Source: Lytechinus pictus (taxonomy: Eukaryota). Taken from it: a stretch of 64,000 bases of DNA. This document shows, piece after piece, positions 50,001 to 63,884 of this stretch. The stretch covers positions 12,896,001-12,960,000 of the forward strand of contig NC_087247.1 of the NCBI RefSeq assembly GCF_037042905.1. Direction: 5' to 3'. Within the stretch, counting starts at the first letter, position 1, and each line of letters begins with the position of its first letter. The translations under genes and the position numbers were made by a program. Under the pieces are notes generated by a model, which was not told the origin of the DNA, did no database searches, and saw only the letters and a list, made by a program, of their open reading frames with translations.

Positions 50001-53000
50001 CTTTAGGATAGCACTGTTTATGTCAACCAGCACATTGCGTAAGACAAAGCCTACCTTACACCTACATTAAATAAGCAAAAAGATGGGGGAATAGTCAGCA
50101 AAACAGAAATATCTTCAAATGCACAATTATGCAATCTGGGCCAAAAATATGATAATATTGGTGACACAAATCAACATTTCCCAAACTTGTATTCAAGAGT
50201 TTCTAAATTGAAAGGCATTGTTATTGTTAAGAGATTATTCAGTAGCTCTCATGGCTGGATGCCTCCAATAGAAACCCCAATTAATTGCTCTCTGACAAAT
50301 GATGATAATGATGATAATAATAAAGCACCTTTCCTGGAGGATACAGAGAGTTGTTTAAGACATATGACATACAGTATTAAGATTAATAAAATAGGAGAGT
50401 TCCAAAAATGTTTTTAGCACGTCAAGTGAGGTAATTAATATATTGCATAAAATTCAAGGGAGTATGGTTAAAAGACATGTGGCAAGAGATTGAGAAAAAT
50501 TGCAGTCTGCCTGTTCTCTGGATATGGGAATAACAAGAAATCATGACAATTTCTCTGGGCTTTATCTATCAAGGATATGGCTAGGATAGTAAAACTTGTA
50601 TTTCATTTGTATTTTCATTTGTATAGTGCCTGATCAAGAATCATGATTAGTCTTTGAGGGTCTAAGAAAGTACGTGGAAGTGTCGACATATATATTAATT
50701 GTACTCACACTGTGATAAATTTCACCATGCAACTTCTTGGATCATCCCTCAAGTACACCGTATAATTGCCACCCATGTTGAAGTCCCAGGACGATTCCCT
50801 CAAGAACTTGAAGGTCCCACCTTTCTTGCAGGCTATTCTACCAAGCTCTATGGCAAGCTTTGATAGGAGACCATGAGGACGGTACCCCTTGAAATCTGCC
50901 AGAAGGACTCTCTCTGATGACAGGTCCCTGCAGGAAGCCGAACCACGAGGCAGCAAGGTGCTCATATGGTAGGGCACCAGGTAGAGGGCTTGTTGGGAAC
51001 TTCTCTGTGTTCTTGGACTGTCGCAGGAGAGACCATTGGGCAGCAGCATGGAGTAGTCATAGATGAGGTTGAGTTGTTGAAGACATGCGGTAAGACAAGC
51101 TGCATCGGACTCTACACCAAGGAGATGTGTTAGGAGAGTTTGGCTCAATATCGACTTGGTCCTGAGATCATTCCAGTGCTGGCGCAAGGAATGGTCTTGA
51201 CGGCTCATTTCTGGAACTTCCAGGAGATGCTGGCAGATGTGGACAAGCTCTTCAGGGTTCAGAGCCACAAAGGAATGGTGTGGTTCTTCTTTCTCATTAG
51301 CTGCAAACAGAGACGAATACTAAGTCAATAATACACATTTACAAGTATAGCTTTTCACATCTTATCAAGATTTCCTGTTTGCCATTTTAAAATGTAGAAT
51401 TGGGGACCATAATCCTATAATATGTCCATCCAAACAATCTTGGGAATTGGTGCATGTATATCATCCTGCATATCACAATGAGAATTATGCAATACATTTA
51501 TATGTTTGCCTGTATACATAGAAAATACACTTGCCACTTCAGTACATCTATCTAATCAAGAAGTATAATTCATCTAATCTAATTAAGCTTTAACCTGGTG
51601 TATCTTAAAACGCAGACAGATATGAGTTACCTTTTCATCTGGCGGAAAAAACAAAATATGATACCTGATAAGATGATGACCCCCTGATTGTGCAGGTACT
51701 CTAGGAGAGAAGTCAGTTCTTCACTGTCTGTAATCTTACATGCCCTCTTTATGCCTGATGTAAGCACGCACTTCTGCTTCTGATCTCTCAGTCCAACCAC
51801 GAAAGCCCTGTAGGACAGGAACTTCTGTGGATAGGACTTTCTGGTCAAGAACCCCTGCTCAAAGACATTCCTTGATATGTGCTCCTTCAAATTCAAGCAA
51901 GCTTCAGGAGCACAGGTACTGAGGCAGGTAGAGTAGGAAGATTTCAAAGACAATGATGGAACTTGGTCCGGTTCTTCCATCCAGTCAACCCTGTCATCTA
52001 GGTGCTGGCAATGGTTCCAGGAAGGTGACTGAGATGATGGCAGTTGGTTGGATGTTCTGCTGATCATGAAACATGGACAGTTCTTGTGGTACTGAAGCTG
52101 TCCTCCAAATGCTTCACCAAACCTCTCATGTAGCTGTGCACCAATATTGTTGACCGAGTCAGAGGTGCCAGGCAAGTACAGCCAGCTTGAAACAAGATAG
52201 ACTGGGGATTTTGAAGATGCATACGTCCTAATCTTATTCAATTGTCTTTGTAGTTCTTGCATATGCTTTTCTGTGTCAGCAAGGAATGAATGGCTTTCAA
52301 ATCCAACAATGTACATAGCATTGGATGACATGACCAACTGACTGCAATAATCAGCAAACATAGTATCTTTCACCACGACCACTTCTAACACCACACATTC
52401 TGCAGTGGTTGAAGACCCATCTACACCATTTGATCCAACATGGCGAGGTTTATTGATGGAGTTCAAGATGTCCATGATTTGGTGAGACCTGCAGGACAGA
52501 TACTCAAAGGTGCTGCCCTTTTTCTGTATCTTCACGCAACATTTTCTGCTCATAAGACCATCTTGTCTCCTGGACCAAATCCTAGGACCAACCAACTGTT
52601 CAGCAATGTCCTCTGCATTGCTACCCATGATGACCAGTCTCAAATCTGGTAGTCGTTTCATAAGCCTGTCATCATTACTAAAGGTATCGCTGATGCTGCC
52701 TTGTCTGGATGCTGTTTTCAGAGAAGACATCTCTGAATTGGTAACACTTCTCGACCGAGCACCCTTGGGTCTCTGTATGATGATAGAGACTGGACTATCT
52801 CGACTCTGCTTCTTGAAGACTTCACTTGCTGAAACTTCAGCTGTTGCCTGGAAAGTAATGAAAGTAATGAAAACTTCCCATTAGCAATAATTAACTTTGT
52901 GACGAGCTGGTCTTACATTTTTACATTTTCCAGGCAAAGCCCCTTCAGGGCACAAACGGAAAAAAAGTGAAATGAGCACCACAATATTCAAGGCCAACGT

Positions 53001-56000
53001 GGGGAGCATTGATGCACATAAATAAAGCATCAGAGGATATTGCCTTGAATGGCCTAGGGTTAATTCCAACCCTGAAGAAGAATTTAAAAGGGAAATTTAC
53101 CCTGACAAAAATTTTATTGTAAAAATAGCAGGAAAAGTAATATTGTAGAAGGTTTGAGGAAAATCCATCAAAGAAAAAAAGTTGTTAAAATTTTAATTTT
53201 TTATTTGTGACATCATATGTGAGCAGCTTTCCTACATATCGTATGGTAAAAAATCAATGTAATGTCATTTTCTCAGAAAAGTTAAAACGGTTTTGATTTT
53301 ACCATCAGTTTATCTACACATGAATCATTTCACACCCACTCCTAATAAGAAAATAAAAAAGAAGTCATCATGAACCATTTAAAAAAATTTAATGCTTTTT
53401 AAATTACATAACATATGGGGCAGCTGCTCGCTTATGACATCACAATAAAAACTTGAAAATCCAATAACTTTTATGGATTTTCCTCAAACCTTCACCAATA
53501 TATTTCATTATGTTATGCTATTTTTTTCTACAACAAACTTTTCATAAGTGTGAACTTCCCCTTTAACCATGTCTATGTAGATTAATCACATCTGAATTTT
53601 TAATACATTTTTCCAATTATTTCTTGAATATATACATGAACTAAAAACAATCTGTACAGAATAGGCAAGTCATTATTAATTTTATCCATTTTGGCATGAT
53701 GTAGACCACAGCAATCATTACATTGCATTGTTAGTGTTAGCTCTATTACTAGTTCAGTGAATTAAAGTATAAAATAATAGCAAATAGCAATAAAGATCAC
53801 TTTCCTATAATTGTCCATAAATGAATATCGTGTTGTTGTTGTTGTTTTTGTTTTATTTGCAAAAATGTGAAAGTGAAACTGTTATTAATGTATTCTTTCC
53901 TAGCATGCATTACTATAGAAGTCCAATTACATACAGCAACTATCTCTGTGACTATCAGTCTGCTCTATTTCACTTGGTAATAATTGACTCAATTATGAAC
54001 TTTGATGGTACTTCAAAATCACTTGATTTTCCATCAGGAAACAAGTAGAAATGATTAAATAGGGGTTGTGTAAAATTTGGATTCGACTTAGAGTAAGTGT
54101 TTTGGAGCTGGATTTGGTTCAATTGGGAGAAGAATATTTGTTTAATAGAAAACAACAGAAGGTTCTGGAGTTATTGATACAAAAAAAAGATATATTCGCA
54201 AAGTGAAATTACAAAATCATTGAAGAATAAAAAGTAATGGAAATATGTAAGCGTGTGACAAAATGAGTTTACACCCAATCATGTTGAAAACAAAGTATAC
54301 TGTAAATTGGTTGAAATGAAAATAAAGGCAGAGACCAAATTACAGTATGAGAAGTTTAAAGGTTTATAGAATTAAAATTAATTCAGAGAATAGAGTATAA
54401 GAGTTACAAAACTAGTGAGAAAGGTTTCATATTGAGATTAAACTTAGGTTTCAGCATAGTATTAATACATACTTGTTGGTGGATGGGTGTACCGTTGATT
54501 GATAGTACACGGTCTCCTATTTCTAGTCCACTCATCCTCACTGAAGGTCCTTTCAAAGAGGTGACCATGGCGTAGACCTCGCTTCCATCTCGGCTCTAAA
54601 TAATGATTCAATATAGAAATGATGAATCATACCAATTTACAAGAAGATTGAAGGGGGCATTCAAATATATAAATGTGAGGAATATATTGTCAATATTTTT
54701 TAAAGCTATAATGCGAATTATAAGAACGGTTATTATTATCATTATTTTTATAGTGTCAATGTCTGCTGACTATATTAAAAGCATATACACCACTTAAAAC
54801 TTTAGAACCTTTTAGGAAACACAATAATGGGGTGTTCAATTATAATAAAACCTATTTCAACAACCACCTGTACCAAAATGCTTATCTTTAAACTAATTTA
54901 AAGTTTGGGAAATTATACGTTATAAAATTTTATTAATCTTTATTCACTTTATAAAGATCTATAGACGGTTTGATAAAAAAAACATGCACAATGAGTATAT
55001 GAACAAGATAATGATCCAAGTGCATACACATGAAATTATTGCTTTATACATGAGCCGACCTTGTGTGTAATTCACATCTAGGAATTCCACCTGGAATTGC
55101 CCGAGATGAATGAAAAACTGAAGAAAATCCTCATTACTAAAAATGATCTTGTCATGGACTCGGGATGCTCTAAATACATCCCTAAATGTTTCAATTATTA
55201 AGTTTGAGAGAACTATCATGTGGAAAATTTTCACTGCCAACAATACCTTTTTTGTTCTTCTTATCTTGCGGTTAATAATTCTTCTAATAATAATTTCAAA
55301 TAGTTTTTCTTTGAAGAGCCTCATCAATAACTTTCCATAATTTTCACTGTAGGAATCGAATTCAAAGAAACATAAAATCCACTTTCAGTTTACAATCACT
55401 TCACAATCAGTACAAAACAAAGAGACTTGTAAGAAAACCACATGTCCTAGATCTATATAGATATGAGAGCAATTCAAAGGATGAATCTGTAATCTGTTTA
55501 GACATGCACAGATCAGCAATGTTTTCTATAATCGTTTCCATAGCACATTTGGTAACTATAAAATGGCCCAATTAACTGAATAAACACCATACAGGCATGA
55601 CATCACCATGAATTTGTAAATTATTTTTGCCCCAAACTTTTTTAAAGAATTGGCTTTCAGTACCGTAAAGGTAACCAAGAAAAATCTCACACCCTCTGTA
55701 TTAAAGATATTCTATTGAATGACAACCCATTCACTATATAGTACACAAAATGTAGCTAGGAGCTTTGTCATGTGATCTGTAAACAAGCCTTATAGGTCAA
55801 ATAAGGTTCCTAAAAGTCATGGAGGGTCAAGTCAACTCGCATGATCAATATGTTTGAAGCGAAGGCTTGTAAATGTGAATGTGTATTCCCAGGGCCCCGT
55901 GATATAAAAGTAAAAATCCATTGTACAAGGCACAGCCCTGCTAAGACTTTCTATATAAAAACTTGAAAGACTGGAAAAAACATGCACACATTTTTTTCAA

Positions 56001-58459
56001 CTTATTTTACAATCAATTGCAGATAAGGGAGTGGTAGATCTAGATGCTAATTGACAATATTATATTTTCATGCGAGAGATCCCTGGTACATGTATGCGAA
56101 CATGCAGTGCTGACTTTAGCAATTCACTTCATTTCGGGGAAATAGGACAAGATCGATCATGGTTTGAGGATTGAGGACTACCCAATTTCCAAGAGTAAAT
56201 GAAAGCGGTGGGGCAGGACAAATAACTATTTTGGGATGGGCATTCTCATGAAAGAAAACACAGACATCAGGATGTCTTGACGATTGTTGGGGTTCTCTTC
56301 TATGTTGAAAGTGTGGCCTAAATGGGGGATGCTGAAATAAACTGTTTCCTTAACTTAAATACTAAAAGAAAATATCTTTCTCAGCAGAAATTTAACTGCC
56401 AAAGTAAAAAGAAAACAGACTTTTTTCACCCAGTCAACCCAAGGAGTGCTGGTAACTCACCTAAGACCTCATATGCAGTATCCTGGTTTCTACTTTGGAT
56501 AACCCATAAAGTTATGGTTTTCCTGCTATGCAATTTTAAAAACCAAATGCACATATGTGCACACAGCGCTTAGAAACATTTGTATCAAGTGCTATATCAT
56601 ATATGTTGCATATTATTATTATCATATGTTGCAAAGTTAGGCAAAGGTTTTATCGTCCATGAGTGTACATAAACCCAGGATGAAAATCCAGCTGAATACC
56701 CTATTTGAATACTAATTGGTATTCAATTGGGAGGAAATGGACAGTGAAACAATGGGAGAAAGGGGTGACAATTGCCAAAATTGGTTTCAATATAGGGACT
56801 ACATAAGTGGTCTATTTTGTTTCAATTTGACCAATTGGTCAAATTGAACACCTGAATTGGGCCAAATGCACACTAAGTATATAAATGTTCATATACAGTA
56901 TATGTATAGCTGCATAAAGATAACAACATTTATGTCATCTTGATGTCATTTCTCAGTAAAGTTTCATCATGAAAAATGAAATAATTTGCCAAATGCAACA
57001 ATGTCAAACAGAAAACCATTAAAACTTTGTTTGGGGCTTTGGCACAATTTTAAGAATTCTGTTTTTTAATCATGTCTATCAAAATTTCAAAAGTACTTGG
57101 TATCCAATTAATTTATCACATTCCCTGGAATCATCCATTGAACAAATATGCAACATACACATACGTTCTGGAAATTAAAAAATACCCTATTTTTACTCTC
57201 ACAAAAGGCCAAGTTTTAATTATTCTTTTTTTTTTTAAAGTTTTTATTGGGTTTGAAATTTCAACCCTTTATTTGCTGAAAAACAAGGCCAAATTGTCTT
57301 TTAAAATAACCTTTTATTACTCATGGAGGAAAGTTTTTTTTTTAATCCTCTCCCTATTTGCACAAAACTAGGACAAATGTTGATAAGTGCACAATAAACC
57401 CTTTTTTAATTTGGATGGCAGTATCCTCTGAAAAAAAAACATTTCTGAATTTCAAGAATCATTCATGTACTAAATGTTAGTGAACTGGGTGTGGACTATG
57501 GAAAATACCCCCTTTTCCTCGAATGTTACACATTTCCAAAAAAAAATTATACATGTATGTCATCCCATCGGAAGATCAATTATTTGTGAGTTTAACTTTC
57601 AACTTCCTTGAATAAATACATTACACCACATGTTGTTTGAAATAATAACATCTCAATTTGAGAACAGTGCAATTACCTTGAAATTCTTTATTGTGAAACC
57701 AAGCTTCCCTTCCTTGTTCCACTGCACCACAAACTTCTTGGTGTCCGACCACACGACCAAGTCTGGGTGGTCAAAGGCATCCTGCAAGGGATTCTTCTTC
57801 TTCCTCCTCATCTCCTCCGAAGAGAAGCCACTGGAGTCTGGTCTCAGTTGCTGCGGGGGTAGGGATGGGGGTGATGGTGATGGGTTGCAGTCTAGGAGCG
57901 GCCGGGAGCACATCATGGTGCTGGCAGTGATCAGCTCCGAGGGTGTTTGGAGGAAACTCATGTCATTGTTCAAGCTTGCCGATAAAGAGCTGTAAGCAGA
58001 GTTTCCGCCGCTGAGTAAGGAGGAGAAACTCCCACCTTGCTGAGTCCTGTCATTTCTATACGTCTGCAAACTACCCTCTGAACTGCAGCCATCGCTTGAC
58101 ATGGTTCCTACAGCCCTGCAACTCATTTCCTTCCTCGCCCCTCTGTCCATTTCACAGTCCACAAGAACGTGACTAAGATGTTCCTCTTGGTCAAAGGCAA
58201 ACCTTCCTCCAGACCATCCGCCATAACCCTCCTTCCTTGGAGTAACACAACACTCTGAAATCTCCTCTTGCCTGTATCTCCCATTTTCTTGACCAGTCAG
58301 CTTCACATTGTTATTCAATTCCATCCTGTCAACTCTCAAGTTGGCTTGCTGACCCATAATGTTGTTCATTTGTCCTGGAGTGTACTTGCCTGTCAGCGCA
58401 CCAACCATTTGCTGAGCGTTGACAAGTTTGCCAAAATCTGCAGGTGGTATACCTCCCAT
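47086..58459 (-). CDS. ~1104-aa PDZ, degenerate Roc, COR, Death domain protein (Roco-like signalling protein)
   Basis: Eight exons with canonical, phase-compatible splice sites: 58459-57677, 54595-54473, 52847-51665, 51300-50709, 50061-49938, 49258-49121, 48771-48630, 47315-47086 (3315 nt). PDZ: GKLGFTIK...SGLEIGDRVLSING...VSIIIQR. COR: LLEYLHNQGVII..ALNPEEL, YLVPY, PHGLLSKL. Death domain: DWRGLAGQLG...KLLDDW..ATLRNLISHL..LNRQDV. Start ATG (aagATGg) follows an acceptor at 58487. Confidence 0.85.
53088..53562. mobile_element. MITE with TTAA TSD (Kolobok-type), intronic
   Basis: ttaa|aagggaaatttaccctgacaaaa ... gtgaacttcccct|ttaa; related ends at about 60720-60785 and 61680-62005. Confidence 0.7.
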
Positions 58460-60958
58460 CTTGAATGCGCTCTGAATATCGAGGCCGCTATAGAAAGGAT
58501 GTCCGGTTATCTGATACACTGATGCTGGTACATGCTTGAGTGTCTTTTTATTATTTTCTCAGAGAATAATCACTGTTCTATTAAAGCATTCCAATGTCAA
58601 CATCACACTATCTAAGCTGTTTTGGAACTTGAGAAGCAGTTAAGTCCCCTTGTCTTCAAAATAGAGGGGGGAAAACCTGTCAGAGAGATAAAAGACAGAA
58701 AATTATTTCACTATGCGATAAACAAATTAAACCTCCGAGACAGTCTAGACTGCAACAAGAAAACCATCACCAATGCCACCATTATCATCATCCACCTCCT
58801 AATCATGATCCTTATAATCATCGCCATCATAATTATCACTATCATCCACCATCATCATCACCACCATCGCCATCATGATTACTAGAACCAAGGAGTTCCT
58901 TGCTAGGACTGAAATTCTTACAGTATACAGATCTAAAACTTTCAAACTGCGACCTGCACGCTCACTTTCTTGCAACAATTAAGTTTCAATGCGCCCTGGC
59001 CATTAAGGTATTATATGTGACATGTGTGCACACTATATTGTCACCCTGCTCAATCAATAATTTCCTGATAGATCGAAGTGGAAGACAAGCCAAAGTCCAT
59101 TTCCGGACGATACTTCCTTTTAATTGCAAGTGGTTTGAGGGATCATAAGGCTTTCAAACAGACTACATGTATGTACATGCAGTTGGAATACCTATTAAAT
59201 TATACAAGAGTCAGAAACAAAGTTTACAATCGGCAGAGCACAGAAAATAGCAACTGACTGCAACTTTTTGTTTCAAGTAAACACACTACTAGTAAAAACT
59301 GTTTCAACCAAAGTATACATGTGGAATTTCAAAGAATTGTTAATAAAAGATCATGCATTTGCTAGAAAACGAATGCCTTTGCCTTTTTTGTTCAATTCAA
59401 GACCGGTAGTTTGAAATTGTTGGAGTTTTTGCAAGTTTTGCAATGAAGGAAGATCTATGTGCACAAGCTGAATTTGCACAAGGGTACAAGAAGAAAACCA
59501 TGTTTCTTTTCACCTATCTGAATCAAGGCTTGGTTTTAAAAAGATCTCAAAGAATGAAAAGTGAGAAAAAAATAAATACTAGTGAAAGTTTGAAAGGCAT
59601 TGGATACAAATTTATGAGAAAGTAAACTTTTTGGTTGAGCAGTGGTTTTGGTTAAACAGAGTCGTCACATCCTGATTCACCAGGATCTTGTCCACAAGAG
59701 GCTAGTAATTCCTGTAATCTGTCTATTTTTTTTTTAACAAGCTCGCTTTTATGTAGGTCCCATCATATTTCTTTGACTTAAATAAAACTTTTACCTTATT
59801 ATAAATCGAGTGATTGTATCATTATATATTATTTGTATACTTCTCAGTTGTCTTATTCTATCATTTATTAGTTATGCATTATTGTTGCTGCTTTTTTATA
59901 TGAATCATATTTCAAATAAGAAATGTGAAAATAAATGAAATGAAATGTTGTTTCCGGCTACTGTCCATCATCTCAATTCAAACACCCCAAAACTAACTAT
60001 GTACCACACAAACCCCACACAATTTGTTTATACCAAATGAACACTTTTTCTCCTAAAGCATAGAGTAAACTCTATAATAATCATGATTGCATTCACTGAG
60101 CAGCATTGAGCTCATCAAACAAAAATTAATTTACAAATTACAGTCAAACTTTTTGTAAAAAGATGATATTTTAATCTTCTAGTTGAAAAAATTGAGAAGG
60201 AGTCTCATTAACATTCATTACAATGCATAATTATGTTGCCAATTTGAATCCCCACAGGTACATGTATATAAACTTTTAACAATTCACAACTTTATCAATA
60301 TTTGTCAAATTTTATTCAAATGATCCCAAATAAATCAGCTCCTACTATTTTTATGTTGTTCCTCTTAAAACTTGGACCCTGTAGGCCTAATGTGGGGGGG
60401 AAATGAGCATTACTTTCCTAAATCTGGAAATTATTTAACTCTATTAAAGAACAAACAAAAGTTTTTCCTCACATGCTATTTAAAAATGAAACCTGCTCTG
60501 AAGGCCCCAACAACTATTGTTAAAGCAAGTATAACAGTAAGACCCACAGGGTTTCTGAACACTGCTACCTAGAATGAAACATCTTTGTGTACTTCTTTAT
60601 TTTTTTCTACCCAAAAGATAATATTCCACTCCTCTTTTCAGCATTACAAAATTTGCAAAGAAATAAAATATCTACAGCTTGCTTCAGTTCAAAGCATGCT
60701 TCAACAGTTGAAAAATATATCAAACCTCATTTTTTTCTGCTATTTTTACTATAAACTTTTTTGTCAGGGTGAACTTCCCCTTTAAACACAATACCAAGAA
60801 ACAGTACCAAGAAACAAAATACAGTTGACTTTAATACAAATATATACCTAAATCTCATCTCCCACACACATATCTTTTTTAACATTTTTCTTTTATATCT
60901 ATTGTCACATTCTTGTTGTAAAAAAAATTTACCAAGAGTTTCCCACTTTTCTCATAAT

Positions 60959-61570
60959 CTGATGTGAATAGGTTATTGTATGAAAACTGTTAAACTTTCT
61001 TCATATATATAGCATTAATCTAAATTTTACTTTCAGTTTTAGAACTCATCACCAATAAATATATTTTTAAAGGTGCATATTCTTTATTTCTATTGAAATC
61101 CAAGAATTTAAAATTCCTCTTCAGCAAAACAACAACTAAAACCAACGTTGTTTGATTACTGAACTGATGTGAATAGTTTATTGTATAAAAACTGTTAACC
61201 TTTCTTCATATCGCATTAATCTAATTTTTACTTTCAGTTTTAGAACTCACCACCAATAACAAAAAATTTTAAAGGTGCATATTTTTTATTTCTATTGAAA
61301 ACCAAGAAATTAATAATCCCTCTTCAGCAAAACTACTACTGAAACCAATGTTGTTTGATAACTGAACTGATGTGAATAGTTTATTGTATGAAAACTGTTT
61401 TTCTTTATATTATAGCATTAATCTAATTTTTACTTTCAGTTTTAGAACTCATCACCAATAAAAAAATATTTTTAAAGGTGCATATTTTCTTATTACTATT
61501 GAAAACCAAGAAATTAAAAATTCCTCTTCAGCAAAACAACAACTGAAACCAACATTGTTTGATTACTGAG
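60959..61570. repeat. Three ~205-bp tandem repeats
   Basis: Unit ctgatgtgaatag.ttattgtat.aaaactg...ctcttcagcaaaac...gttgtttgat.actga starts at about 60959, 61164 and 61367. Confidence 0.9.
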
Positions 61571-63019
61571 CTGCAAAAAAGGTAACTAAATAGAATATAA
61601 ATACCACTATAAAATGTCTCTGAAAGCCCTACAAATCAAAAATCATTTCTCATGCATGGAATTGGTTGAATAATTTATGGGGTAGTAAACCCTGACAAAT
61701 AGTTTGTTTTTAAAAATACCAGAAAAAATAATAGAAAATATTGGTGAAGGTTTGAGGGACAAAAGCTAAATATTAGAATTTGAAGTTTTTTTATTTTTGT
61801 CATAACATACAAGCAGCTACCATAAATTTCAACTCTTTTAATGGTTTATTAGTAAAAATTTTCTTCTTTCAGTAGCTGGTGTGAAGTAATTTGTAGGCCT
61901 ATGTTGAAATAATTATACTGAAACAATAAAAACCAATGTTTTTCTGCTATTTCTCTTTACTTTGTACCAGTATATAAACTTTTGTCGGGGTGAACTTCCC
62001 CTTTTAGGATATTTAAAATCTTTGATAGTAGCTTTCTGATATGCAATCACTAAATTTGTAAGATAAATGATCAAAGCACAGGTTTTGAAAAAAAAAACAT
62101 TACCGAGTGATGCAATCACATCATCTTCGCACACAAAATTTATCTTATCGTGTTCTCTCTCTCTCTCCCTCTCTCTCTTATTATTATTATTAGTGATTAG
62201 ATTCTTTTAATGTACCAAATTGAGCTTCTGTTTTCTTTATTCAACTAAGTTTGCATACAATGAAGGACAAAGACGCACAATATTTTGGTGGAGGTATTCA
62301 CTTCGCTACATGACAGGTCAGATTAGTCTAATGCCAAGGACATTATTGAAAAGAGAATTAATAAGCAAATCCATTAATCCATCCACATAGATAAATCTGG
62401 AACTTGGAATCGACCTGGCGCCCTAGCTAGTGCAGATAATCTACAGATTGAGGAGCATTACTCCATCACCAACCAACCAACTAACTCAGCCTATTTTCAA
62501 CTTTTTGAATGAATACTCAAGTCAATCAACCAATCAATCAGATAATCAATCAACTATCTTTATCAATATCACTAGCTACCTTCATTTTCTTATCTCAATT
62601 TGAAAATATCACAAACAAAAGGGTCTGGCTTAATTGATATCCCATCAAGAGTCAACTTAAAGTCAATAAAGAGACTCACTAACTCTAAGCCTCCGGTCTA
62701 AGCCAGAAATCATAAGACACTTGATTAAATACCACCTGTAAAAAAAAGTTTGCTTTCCTTTAAAAAAAAAGAAATAGGTTTACAGTAATAATAATAATAA
62801 TAGTGACTGATATCTTATTGAGCGCACACACCGTCCAGAAACGCTCACGGCGCTAGCGCAGCATCAGTTCCTTTGGATACAAATATTTTATACATGTATA
62901 TATTATAAACAACTACAAAATATAAATAGAAATAAAAATCTTAAAAATCAGGTCTAGCTAGATACCAGCTGTAAAGGTGAATCTACCTACCAGTACCACA
63001 TCTGTAAAATATGAAATAT

Positions 63020-63259
63020 TGTATAATTCAAACAATAAAAAACAAAAGAAATAGTGAGTGATGGACATCGTTGACTGTCTCGTTTTGTCACTGAGTTGTG
63101 CATATCACTGTTTTGTAAAAAATAAACGAAACTTGTCTTAAGAATGTCATAACTTTCTTATTTTACATCTGATTTTAATGAAATTTTCAGCATTATTCTT
63201 GTTTGATTTTTCTCTATTTATTTAAATCAACATTTATCTGGGGTGGACTTGACCTTTAA
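63020..63259. mobile_element. Kolobok-type MITE right-end fragment
   Basis: Ends ggggtggacttgacctttaa, as do fragments at about 26060-26177 and (degenerate) about 48014-48033. Confidence 0.55.
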
Positions 63260-63874
63260 GTTTTATCGCTCCCTCGGACAAAAAAACAATAAAATTGTTT
63301 GATAAAAACATAGAAATTTGATATTTTCAAAAGAATACAATCTTTGCAAATTAAAACTAAAAAGACCGTAATTGAATGCAACATTGATAGTATACAGTTC
63401 AAATTCATACTTACAATTACATATACGTTGCCGCGCATTAGAATGGATTAGAATAGAAATTGATGCGCCGAATTCCATGGATGCACCCGACCTTGATCTC
63501 TACCTCCTTAAACTCCCTGGTTCAGCGAGAAGAGTTGGGGACAGTATTTGGGCTACCAAAGTTTTTGGAGAATCTCCCTGCCTGGTGCCAGCTCCTGGCG
63601 ACCTGGCCCCGGTCCTGGCCATACTAGTACTAGCTGACCTGCAGATCTGTCAAATCATGGACCTATGACTATGTCACCAAGATAGATAATAATTAATAAG
63701 ACCCTGACAACCAGACGGTGGAAATCATGTTTCTTAATTCTCGACCAACCACTCCAAAAATATTAGCAAACGGTCTATGACGTTCCCATCACCGAGTATC
63801 TAGCTAGCTGTCATGCATGCACTGCGCGCGGTGCTGCTGGTATACTGCACGCACGGTGTTCAAAGTCGTATTTC

Positions 63875-63884
63875 GGGGAATCCC
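63875..63884. promoter_or_regulatory. NF-kB consensus site GGGGAATCCC
   Basis: Exact match to GGGRNWYYCC in a GC/CpG-richer patch upstream of the Death-domain gene. Confidence 0.4.

Noticed and set aside
53970-55340. Additional short ORFs inside the Roco-like gene
   Set aside because: The PDZ domain is already completed in frame by exons 54595-54473 and 52847 onward; these ORFs lack good splice sites.
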